Positions 1 to 8,066 of a stretch of 26,411 nt of DNA are shown here, in pieces. Position 1 is the stretch's first letter, and every line of letters starts with the position of its first letter. Where the stretch lies: IMG/VR virus record IMGVR_UViG_3300012952_003931, positions 1-26,411 of that record; one strand, given 5' to 3'. The DNA is from a virus. Lineage: Duplodnaviria; Caudoviricetes. Under the pieces are notes generated by a model, which saw only the letters and a list, made by a program, of their open reading frames with translations, did no database searches and had not been told where the DNA came from. A program made the position numbers and the translations under genes.

Positions 1-713
1 CAATTGTCATCAGGATTACACCTGCCACCATCCTTCTGAGGCTTTGTATAGTCAGCAACCCATAAAGGGTAATCTTTGAGCTGGCCAACATCATTCTTTA
101 AGTAACCGCGAACGTACCATTTTGCAGTATATACTACTGCACGCAAGCCGGTTTCGTTCTCAAGCTCTTTAAGCCATTCTAGAGCCCATTGGCGATTGTG
201 GTCTGGATCTCCCTTGACCCCAGCCTCTAAATCCAGCACTGGAAGCATGTCACCTGAAGGTATACAGCCACCGTAATATTTCAAAAAATCTTGAACTTCA
301 AGCTTTGGGTCTAAGCTCCCGCCAAGTTGAGGCGATGGAAAATGATACCCTCCAACTAGTATACCGTTTTCCCTACAACCTTGCAAGTTTTGCTGAACTT
401 TCGGGTCGACATAATCAACTCCTTGAGATACCTTCGCCCATACAAACTTTACTTCGTTAGGATCAACCTTCCCCCAACGTATATTACCATTCCAATGGCT
501 AACATCAATACCAAGATGAACAGGCACACCCATCGTGCCTAAAGTTACAGGGCCAACGATACCATCGACCGCTAGCCCATTCCTATTTTGATAATCTTTA
601 ACTGCAGCGTATGTCTTAGGGCCAAAATCCCCATCTGCAGATATTTTTAAGATAGCTTGAAGGCGCCTAACCTCCTGCCCTTTGTCTCCAATCCTCAAAG
701 TATAGTAGTACAT
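1..713 (-). CDS. GH25 muramidase (endolysin-type) with N-terminal peptidoglycan-binding domain; 3'-truncated by the window edge
   Basis: Not in the ORF track because it has no stop in the window; translated by hand from ATG at 713 (SD GGGAGAG): MYYYTLRIGDKGQEVRRLQAILKISADGDFGPKTYAAVKDYQNRNGLAVDGIVGPVT (PG_binding_1 DGxxGPxT repeats), then GIDVSHWNG, GGYHF, PVLDLEA (DxE catalytic motif), VVYT and PLWVADY, all typical of GH25. Confidence 0.92.
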   Translation of the reverse strand, partial: MYYYTLRIGDKGQEVRRLQAILKISADGDFGPKTYAAVKDYQNRNGLAVDGIVGPVTLGTMGVPVHLGIDVSHWNGNIRWGKVDPNEVKFVWAKVSQGVDYVDPKVQQNLQGCRENGILVGGYHFPSPQLGGSLDPKLEVQDFLKYYGGCIPSGDMLPVLDLEAGVKGDPDHNRQWALEWLKELENETGLRAVVYTAKWYVRGYLKNDVGQLKDYPLWVADYTKPQKDGGRCNPDDN

Positions 714-724
714 TAATCTCTCCC

Positions 725-1129
725 TCAAGACCTATCATCTTTTACCCCTGTTCCATACCATCTAGCATTTCGGCCACGTACATCGTAATGAGTGAAAGTA
801 GTATATAATCCCACCCCGCCTGAATGCATCTTTCCCTCTTTAATGAGAGAAACGATGATCGCCTTTACTTCTTTTGGCGACACACCTGAAATTTTAATGT
901 CGGCGGCTTTGGCTAGCATATGCTGGCTTTTCTTTGCACCACCAATCTTTTTATTATATTCCGGAGATCTATACCCGCTAATCACCCGAACCGGTTTGCC
1001 AATGTGATCCCTCAAAACCTGTAGGTTCTCAGCCAATAGCCGCACATTTTCCATATACAAGTCAGGGACGTCACTACCGTCCCTGCACTTAAATTCTCTT
1101 AATTTGAAATTATCAGTTAATCTACCCAT
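725..1129 (-). CDS. Zn peptidase of family M15 (M15A/Peptidase_M15_3-like), putative peptidoglycan peptidase
   Basis: NFKLREFKCRDG, ISGYRSPEYNKKIGGAKKSQHMLAKAADI (SxHxxxxAxD) and FTHYDVRG motifs. Start moved from the track's TTG 1171 (inside aceA) to ATG 1129, which has a GGAG SD. Confidence 0.88.
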   Translation of the reverse strand: MGRLTDNFKLREFKCRDGSDVPDLYMENVRLLAENLQVLRDHIGKPVRVISGYRSPEYNKKIGGAKKSQHMLAKAADIKISGVSPKEVKAIIVSLIKEGKMHSGGVGLYTTFTHYDVRGRNARWYGTGVKDDRS

Positions 1130-1139
1130 AGTCTCCAAC

Positions 1140-2378
1140 TCAAAATTGTTCAGCCTCGGTTGATTCTTCAAGTGCTAACGTTGATGTGTCACCTGAAGAT
1201 ATAACCTGAGCCACTGCATCAAAATACCCTGTCCCAACCTCACGCTGGTGCCGAGTTGCAGTATATCCCTCTCCCTCAGCTGCAAACTCTTTCTCTTGTA
1301 GTTCTGCGTATGCTGACATGTCACGACCTTCATAATCCTGAGCTAACTTAAACATATGATAATTCAGGTTATGAAACCCTGCTAAAGTGATGAACTGAAA
1401 CTTGTATCCCATCTTGCCGAGCTCGCTCTGAAACTTTGCGATTGTCTCATCATCTAAATTCTTCTTCCAATTGAACGAGGGTGAGCAATTATATGCTAGA
1501 AGCTTTCCAGGAAACTGCTTATGGATTGCAGAAGCGAATGCCCGGGCTTCATCAAGACATGGCGTGCTAGTTTCGCACCACAAAAGATCTGCATATGGGG
1601 CATATCTAAGGCCTCTAGAGATTGCCATCTCTAAGCCGCCAGTAATCCTATAGAACCCTTCGGAAGTCCTCTCTTTTGAGGTTATGAACCTGGTGTCTTC
1701 ATCGTCTATATCGGTTGTTAAGAGGCGGGCACTATTAGCATCAGTCCTAGCAATAACCAGCGTTTCGGTACCCATTACATCTGCAGCGAGCCTAGCTGCG
1801 ATAAGCTTCTTAATAAATTCAGATCCTGGAACTAGTACTTTTCCACCAAGATGACCGCACTTCTTTGCAGAGCTCAGTTGATCTTCAAAGTGTACGCCGC
1901 CAGCACCGGCTCTAATCATAGACTTCATAAGCTCAAAAGCATTCAGAGAGCCTCCAAACCCTGCTTCCGCATCGGCAACAAGCGGAACAAACCAATCCCT
2001 AACTGCAGAACCCTCATTCTCAGCCCACTCAATTTGATCTGCCCTACGGAGAGAATTATTGATTTTTTGTACCAGCATGGGAACGCTGTGAACTGCATAT
2101 AGGCTTTGGTCAGGGTACATTTCATGTGAATCATTAGCATCGGCTGCGACTTGCCACCCTGAACAGTATATGGCAGGAACGCCTCCCTTTACCATCTGCA
2201 TTGCCTGATTCCCTGTTACGGCACCCATCGCATGAACGTAGTCTTTCTCATTCAGAAGCTTCCACAGCTTTGCTGCCGATCTTTCTGCTAGTACATAGTG
2301 CTCAGGCATTGATCCCTGGAGGCGAACTACGTCCTCTTTACTATATGGACGTTCAACATTATCCCATCTATTTGACAT
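1140..2378 (-). CDS. aceA: Isocitrate lyase (short bacterial ICL1/AceA type, 412 aa)
   Basis: Catalytic loop [64 protein letters not shown]-terminal STEAEQF. KKCGH plus the W/F/T residues (LLWCET, QFIT) indicate ICL rather than methylisocitrate lyase PrpB (KRCGH). Confidence 0.98.
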   Translation of the reverse strand: MSNRWDNVERPYSKEDVVRLQGSMPEHYVLAERSAAKLWKLLNEKDYVHAMGAVTGNQAMQMVKGGVPAIYCSGWQVAADANDSHEMYPDQSLYAVHSVPMLVQKINNSLRRADQIEWAENEGSAVRDWFVPLVADAEAGFGGSLNAFELMKSMIRAGAGGVHFEDQLSSAKKCGHLGGKVLVPGSEFIKKLIAARLAADVMGTETLVIARTDANSARLLTTDIDDEDTRFITSKERTSEGFYRITGGLEMAISRGLRYAPYADLLWCETSTPCLDEARAFASAIHKQFPGKLLAYNCSPSFNWKKNLDDETIAKFQSELGKMGYKFQFITLAGFHNLNYHMFKLAQDYEGRDMSAYAELQEKEFAAEGEGYTATRHQREVGTGYFDAVAQVISSGDTSTLALEESTEAEQF

Positions 2379-2395
2379 TTTCTATATTAATCCTT

Positions 2396-3958
2396 TTAGT
2401 TAGTAGTAAGGTACTCGTATGCTGGAATCGTTAAAAAGTCTTCCAGTGTACCTGACGTGCTTAAATTCTGAAATATCTCAACTGCGGTGTCAAGCAACTC
2501 GCTTGACTCCTGTCCTGCTTTCCACTCTGCAATCAGAGACGTAACAAGATCATGATCAATCTTGGTGCCGTTACTCATCTCTGCACCATGGCGGACCCAT
2601 TGCCACACTTGGGTTCTTGATATCTCTGCAGTCGCTGCATCCTCCATCAAGTTATATAGAGGAACACAACCGTTTCCTGATATCCATGCATGAATATATC
2701 GGATGCCTACATCAATATTTTGAAGAAGGCCCTCTCGGGTGATATCACCAGACGGCATCACAAGCAAGTCTTCTTCTGAGATTTTGTAGCTTGTTTCTTT
2801 CCCGATCTGGTTACAGTCCCGCATGTATTCATCAAAAATATCCTTTGCTAGACTAACTAACCCGGGGTGTGCTACCCATGTTCCGTCATGACCGTCGAGC
2901 ACTTCTCGTCGTTTATCTTCGCGTACCCTCTCTAAAGCTAGATGGTTTGCATTGTCATCACCGCGAATTGGAATCTGTGCAGCCATACCCCCCATAGCAT
3001 GAACCCCCCTGCGGTGACAAACCTGGATCACCCTTTTAGAGTATGAGTTCATGAAATGTGCTGTCATTCCGATCTCAGCACGATCTGGAGTAATTCTGTC
3101 TGGATGGGCACGAAGGGTCTTAATATAGCTAAAAATATAGTCCCACCTTCCGCAGTTTAAGCCGGCGGAGTGATCTTTTAGCTCGTACAGTATTTCATCC
3201 ATCTGAAAAGCTGCAGGTAATGTCTCTAGCAAAACTGTTGCCCTTATCGTCCCTCGAGGAATATTCATGTAGTCTTGTGACCAGTTGAATATGTCATTCC
3301 ACAATCTTGCCTCAGCGTAATGCTCTAATTTCGGAAGATAAAAGTATGGGCCACTCCCTCTATCCACGAGCTCTTTTGCGTTGTGATAAAAATGTAGCCC
3401 AAAATCAAAAAAAGAAGCAGGAATTGCCAGGTTGTCAACAAGGAAATGAGACTCTTCTAAGTGGAGCCCTCGAGGGCGCACAAAAAGTACTGCATGCTCT
3501 GCATTGAGCTTGTATAAACCCTTTGTTGGATGTTGGTATGTTATTCTCTTTCGAACTGCATCTCTCAAGTTCCTTTGCCCTTCAAGGGCATTTACCCAAG
3601 TAGGTGACATTGAATCTTCAAAGTCTGCCATAAACACATTCGCACCTGAGTTTAGTGCATTAATCACCATCTTTCGTTCAGGTGGCCCTGTAATCTCTAC
3701 GCGGCGGTCCCTGATATCTTCCGGAATGGGTGCTGCAACCCAGTCATCGGTCCTGATATTCAGTGTCGTATTATCATAGGACGGAAGCTGCCCACTGTCA
3801 TACTTTTCCTGGCGCGATTTGCGGTTATCTAAAAGCTCCTTGACACGCGGCCGAAATTGCCTAGACATTTCAGCAAGAAACTCCATCGCTTGACGATCTA
3901 AAATATCCGGATATGTATCGCTACGTTCCAGCCTTACACCTATGTGATTAAATAACAT
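2396..3958 (-). CDS. aceB: Malate synthase A (520 aa)
   Basis: DRRVEITGP, KMVINALNSGANVFMADFEDS, VRPRGLHL, GPYFYLPKLE, GLNCGRWDYIFSYIK, HAMGGMAAQIP, GHDGTWVAHPGL, LMEDAATAEISRTQVWQW, DFLTIPAY. Size matches MSA rather than the ~720-aa MSG. SD GGAGG. Confidence 0.98.
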   Translation of the reverse strand: MLFNHIGVRLERSDTYPDILDRQAMEFLAEMSRQFRPRVKELLDNRKSRQEKYDSGQLPSYDNTTLNIRTDDWVAAPIPEDIRDRRVEITGPPERKMVINALNSGANVFMADFEDSMSPTWVNALEGQRNLRDAVRKRITYQHPTKGLYKLNAEHAVLFVRPRGLHLEESHFLVDNLAIPASFFDFGLHFYHNAKELVDRGSGPYFYLPKLEHYAEARLWNDIFNWSQDYMNIPRGTIRATVLLETLPAAFQMDEILYELKDHSAGLNCGRWDYIFSYIKTLRAHPDRITPDRAEIGMTAHFMNSYSKRVIQVCHRRGVHAMGGMAAQIPIRGDDNANHLALERVREDKRREVLDGHDGTWVAHPGLVSLAKDIFDEYMRDCNQIGKETSYKISEEDLLVMPSGDITREGLLQNIDVGIRYIHAWISGNGCVPLYNLMEDAATAEISRTQVWQWVRHGAEMSNGTKIDHDLVTSLIAEWKAGQESSELLDTAVEIFQNLSTSGTLEDFLTIPAYEYLTTN

Positions 3959-3986
3959 ATGACCTCCGCTACGTATTGATTGTATG

Positions 3987-4925
3987 CTATTTATCCAAAC
4001 AGTATAATGGAGTTTTCTTTACTTCTTCCAAAAGACCAACGACGTCTAGTCCTGCACAATCTATTTTTCTGCGTGTCAAATTGTAGTGATTGATGAAACC
4101 GCTAAATTCAGAACGCTCGCAGCGTGGATCGACAGCCTCCACAAGCCCCCCATCATCATCTAACGGACATTCTAAAGGTATACCAATACCAATATGAATT
4201 GCCTTCCACAATGCCTTCAGTGCCTGCAGCTGGACATCATAAAAATCTAGGTGCTCGCCCAGGCCTCTTCCATGACACTTTATTTCACCCTTTGCCCTAA
4301 CCGGGCGGGGCCCAAAACCCTTTCTTTCATACCAATCCTGGTATTTCGGATAGTATGCATTTGCGATCTCAACGCCGATGCTTTCTCGATTCCACTTTCG
4401 GCCACCGGCCTGCCACGCCGCATGCTGTGTATCTAGCAACTGATAGATTGTGCCGTCATTATCGATACCAAAGTGAATTGATATCCCTCTCTTAGCGATG
4501 ACTTTAGACATAGATTCAGTTGAAAGACAAACGTCCCAATGATTTACAAAGAAGTGCGGGTTTCTATCTGGCTTTCCTGCGTAGCTCGTGTATGTTCCGT
4601 CTCCACAGGAAAAGCCTCCCGGCTCGTCCCACAAAACCACCTGAGGCCACTCAATTGGAATAAACTTGCCATTGTGCACGATGTGCTTGTCTGTCATCGA
4701 GTAAAGGCTCCTTCGAGGCTCATGATCTGAGATGTTTGCTTCCCTCTCCGTCCAGACCCTTCGGTAAGTCATCGGGCCGACTAAGCCGTCAGCTTTAAGC
4801 CCATTCTTTCTCTGCCACTTTTTAACAGCGGCAACTAGAGCGTCATCAAACTCATCGCATCCAAACCAGCTTGGCTCCCACCCTAAGCTATCTGAGCTAG
4901 ACTTATTATAGAAATCCTTATCCAT
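3987..4925 (-). CDS. N-acetylmuramoyl-L-alanine amidase (Amidase_2-like) with N-terminal peptidoglycan-binding domain
   Basis: AVKKWQRKNGLKADGLVGPMT (PG-binding); VNHWD, SIHFGIDNDGTIYQL, AWQAG, NRESIGVEIAN, FINHYNLTRRKIDCAG (putative H/H/C Zn ligands). Confidence 0.88.
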   Translation of the reverse strand: MDKDFYNKSSSDSLGWEPSWFGCDEFDDALVAAVKKWQRKNGLKADGLVGPMTYRRVWTEREANISDHEPRRSLYSMTDKHIVHNGKFIPIEWPQVVLWDEPGGFSCGDGTYTSYAGKPDRNPHFFVNHWDVCLSTESMSKVIAKRGISIHFGIDNDGTIYQLLDTQHAAWQAGGRKWNRESIGVEIANAYYPKYQDWYERKGFGPRPVRAKGEIKCHGRGLGEHLDFYDVQLQALKALWKAIHIGIGIPLECPLDDDGGLVEAVDPRCERSEFSGFINHYNLTRRKIDCAGLDVVGLLEEVKKTPLYCLDK

Positions 4926-4933
4926 ATTTTCAC

Positions 4934-5536
4934 CTACTCGAAATCAATTGAAACGTCAACCTTAATCTGCAAAGACGGCACCCTTAGCTGGTTGGCCATC
5001 CCATGCTTTTTTGCTTCTTTGGCATCTAAAAACCAGTCTGCATGCTTCTTTTTATCAACTATCTTCATAAAGTAATCATCTTTCTTGCCACAGTTTTGAG
5101 CCATCATAGTGTAGATAATGGTATTTAAGCGATCTGCCTCAAGGGCCCCAGCTTTAAGTTCTTCTACCTTCCCAAAGTCCATGCTGCTAACATCATGAAT
5201 CATTACAGTTGCGTTTGGATCCATAAATCGATATCCTTCTTCACCAAATGAGAACAAAACGGCTCCGCACGACATTGCTTTTCCTTCTACGATCGTGGCA
5301 ACAGGCAACTCAGCATGCTTTATTGCACTAATCATTGACATAAGGCTATAGACCTGCCCACCGTAAGAATCAATGATCACAGGAATGATTTTCTGCCCTG
5401 TGTTGTGAGCTTGAGCTATCTCCTGATCGAACTTTTTGGCTGCCTCTTCATCGAACTTATTTACCCTGATTATGACGGGAGGCTTCCGTAACTCTATTTC
5501 TTTAACAAGGGGTGATATTTCTGATTTCCACTTCAA
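4934..5536 (-). CDS. clpP: ClpP-like serine protease (S14 family)
   Basis: IDSYGGQV, GKAMSCGA (Ser), VMIHDVS (His), ADWFLDAKEAKKHGM (Asp). The TTG start is supported by SD AAGGAG about 7 nt upstream. Confidence 0.85.
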   Translation of the reverse strand: MKWKSEISPLVKEIELRKPPVIIRVNKFDEEAAKKFDQEIAQAHNTGQKIIPVIIDSYGGQVYSLMSMISAIKHAELPVATIVEGKAMSCGAVLFSFGEEGYRFMDPNATVMIHDVSSMDFGKVEELKAGALEADRLNTIIYTMMAQNCGKKDDYFMKIVDKKKHADWFLDAKEAKKHGMANQLRVPSLQIKVDVSIDFE

Positions 5537-5559
5537 AGCTGACTCCTTCTACCTATCGC

Positions 5560-8046
5560 TTATCCACATTTACCATGACCACATGCAGTACATGTAACAC
5601 ACCCTTCTTGATATATCAGGGTGTCCTCTGCACCACAGTTTTCACAAACTGTTTTTCCCGGCACTGTGCCGTCTTTAATGTAGTACTTTAAAACTCTAGA
5701 AATTACTTTCGAAAAAGAGAACATGTCCATCTCTCTATCTTTTTGCAATTGCTCAACGACATAATGAATTGGTGCACCATGGCGAAGCGCTAGAGATATT
5801 GTTCTAGTAAACCCTGCATGGTTAGGGTTGTCAAAAACATCGACGATATCCTTAATTAGAATTTCATCACCATTTTTTCCAATCCTAAGATCATACCTGG
5901 AATTCTTTGTCTTATAGTGGCGTTTAATGATGGTGCCTCTTTTGTACTTCTTAGGAATCTCTATGTACTTCTGAAGGCCTCCCATAATCTCATAAGGTCT
6001 ACCATCCAATCTACCTACAAGAATTGTCCAGGCTTCACCTTTAATACTTGCATGATGAATAGAGCACTCTAATTCCTCCGGGCGATCCGGTGCTTCATGA
6101 GATTTGAAGGTATCCTCACCGGAATCGGTGGCCGAAACCAAAACGCCACTCCTACAACCGTCCCTGTAAATTGTTACACCTTTGCAACCACTCTTCCAGC
6201 CCTCTAAATAAACATTCTTGACCGTCTCAACGTCAATATCTGACGGTAAATTGGTCGTGTTCGAAATTGCATGACAAACCCATCTTTGAGCTGCTGCTTG
6301 CATTTTTACCTTTTGAACCCAATCAATCTCATTTGCAGTCGCGCCACTATATGGGCTCATCTCAACAAGCTTTTCATTACTCATTGACTCGCTTTCTTCT
6401 AGGTTGGATGCTCTCATCCACTCCTTGAAGCAGTGATGATACACAGTATATTCTTGCCATCGATCACCGGAGTCGTCAACAAAATCAACCCTGCCCTCAA
6501 CATCACTCTCAGTTAACTTTTTTCGTCTCATATAATGAAGCATAAAAGCCGGCTCAATTCCAGAAGTTGTCTGAGTTAAAACAGAAACAGACCCAGCCGG
6601 AGCAGTCGTCGTGAGGGCAATATTCCTACGACCATATTTCTTACTCATCTCTCTTACGTCAGGTGCAGCTTCCCAAATTCTTTCAAGGAAAGCGTGGCCG
6701 CGCTCTTTATTATGATCATGTACCTTAAAAGCGCCACGTTCTTTTGCCATGATACATGATGATCTATATGCGCTTGTCGCTAGCACCCTATAGAATTTCT
6801 CAACGACGCCTACAGACTCTTCAGAACCATACCTGATCCCCAACGCTGCCAGTGCATCACCAACGGCAGTGACGCCGAGGCCAGTCCTTCTTCCTAAAAG
6901 GGCCTGCGTCTTAATATTTTCCCATAAATCTTTTTCGATCTGCTTTACCGGGCCAGGCTCAGGATCACTTTTAATCTTGGCAATAATTTTGTCAACTTGC
7001 TCAATTTCTAGATCGATCATATCGTCCATAAGACGTTGGGCTTTCAGTACTACTTCTCCCATAAGCTTATCATCAAACTCAGCCTCTGGAGTAAACGGGT
7101 TTTTGACAAACGATAGCAGGTTTACGACCATTAGCCGACAGCTGTCATAGGGAGAAAGGATTATCTCTCCACAAGGGTTTGTCGACTGCGAACCAAACCC
7201 CTCTTGCTCATATATGTCTGATGGTGTATATTTCTTTGCATTATCCCAAAACAGTAGACCAGGCTCTGCACATGCATGCGCGGCTTCAATAATTTCTTGC
7301 CATAACTCTCTAGCGTCGACATTCTCAGACATGTCAGGTTCTGTGCTGTCAACCGGGAAACGAAGCTCTACACTGCTGCCAGCCTGAACTGCATTCATAA
7401 ATTCATCAGACAAGCGAACTGAAATATTCGCACCGGTTACCCTAGTAAGGTCACGCTTGATCTTTATAAAATCACGAACCTGCGGGTGGTGAACTGATAT
7501 CGTTAGCATCAGCGCACCGCGCCGGCCATTTTGTGCAACCTCCCTACAAGAATTTGAGAAGCGATCCATAAAGACCTCTATCCCGTCCGTAGTCCTCGCA
7601 CAATTTGCAGTAGTTCTTCCTCGAGGGCGTATCGTTGAAACATCAAATCCGACGCCACCACGCCGCTTTGCTATCTGGACTAGCTCCTGGTCTGTCTTAA
7701 GAATGCCGCCGTAAGAATCATACGGAGACTCTATAACAAAGCAATTTGAAATTGATTGCACCTGATGTGGGTTTCCAATTCCTGACATTGGTGATCCTTG
7801 CGGGATCACATAACTAAAATTCTTAAAGAGATTATAGATCTCGTCTTCACTAAGCGGATTGGGATATTTTTTCTCTATCCTGGCAAACTCAGTTGCTAAG
7901 CGCCTATGCATGTCATCGGGAGTCGACTCATACAGATTACCGTCTTTGTCAGTCAAAGCATATTTCGTAACAAATACGTTAGCGGCTAGCGCGTCCCCGC
8001 CAAAATACTCAGATGACTTCTGCTGTGCTTCTTCAAATTCAATCAT
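5560..8046 (-). CDS. nrdJ: Class II (adenosylcobalamin-dependent) ribonucleotide reductase
   Basis: SNCFV, RRGALM, TNPCGEI, SCRL, APAGSVS, TSGIEP, AISNTTNLP. KGVTIYRDG lacks the class I YY pair. C-terminal TSCPD-like region and CxxC...CxxC zinc ribbon ending KCG. No nrdB in the window. Confidence 0.93.
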   Translation of the reverse strand: MIEFEEAQQKSSEYFGGDALAANVFVTKYALTDKDGNLYESTPDDMHRRLATEFARIEKKYPNPLSEDEIYNLFKNFSYVIPQGSPMSGIGNPHQVQSISNCFVIESPYDSYGGILKTDQELVQIAKRRGGVGFDVSTIRPRGRTTANCARTTDGIEVFMDRFSNSCREVAQNGRRGALMLTISVHHPQVRDFIKIKRDLTRVTGANISVRLSDEFMNAVQAGSSVELRFPVDSTEPDMSENVDARELWQEIIEAAHACAEPGLLFWDNAKKYTPSDIYEQEGFGSQSTNPCGEIILSPYDSCRLMVVNLLSFVKNPFTPEAEFDDKLMGEVVLKAQRLMDDMIDLEIEQVDKIIAKIKSDPEPGPVKQIEKDLWENIKTQALLGRRTGLGVTAVGDALAALGIRYGSEESVGVVEKFYRVLATSAYRSSCIMAKERGAFKVHDHNKERGHAFLERIWEAAPDVREMSKKYGRRNIALTTTAPAGSVSVLTQTTSGIEPAFMLHYMRRKKLTESDVEGRVDFVDDSGDRWQEYTVYHHCFKEWMRASNLEESESMSNEKLVEMSPYSGATANEIDWVQKVKMQAAAQRWVCHAISNTTNLPSDIDVETVKNVYLEGWKSGCKGVTIYRDGCRSGVLVSATDSGEDTFKSHEAPDRPEELECSIHHASIKGEAWTILVGRLDGRPYEIMGGLQKYIEIPKKYKRGTIIKRHYKTKNSRYDLRIGKNGDEILIKDIVDVFDNPNHAGFTRTISLALRHGAPIHYVVEQLQKDREMDMFSFSKVISRVLKYYIKDGTVPGKTVCENCGAEDTLIYQEGCVTCTACGHGKCG

Positions 8047-8066
8047 TCTTCCACCGTATTCTTATT

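Noticed and set aside
1130-1171. Track start (TTG 1171) for the M15 peptidase
   Set aside because: It overlaps the aceA 3' end; ATG 1129 has a proper GGAG SD and matches the family N-terminus.
1140-2378. Methylisocitrate lyase (PrpB) or PEP mutase assignment
   Set aside because: KKCGH, the 412-aa length, [10 protein letters not shown] and adjacency to malate synthase all indicate true isocitrate lyase.
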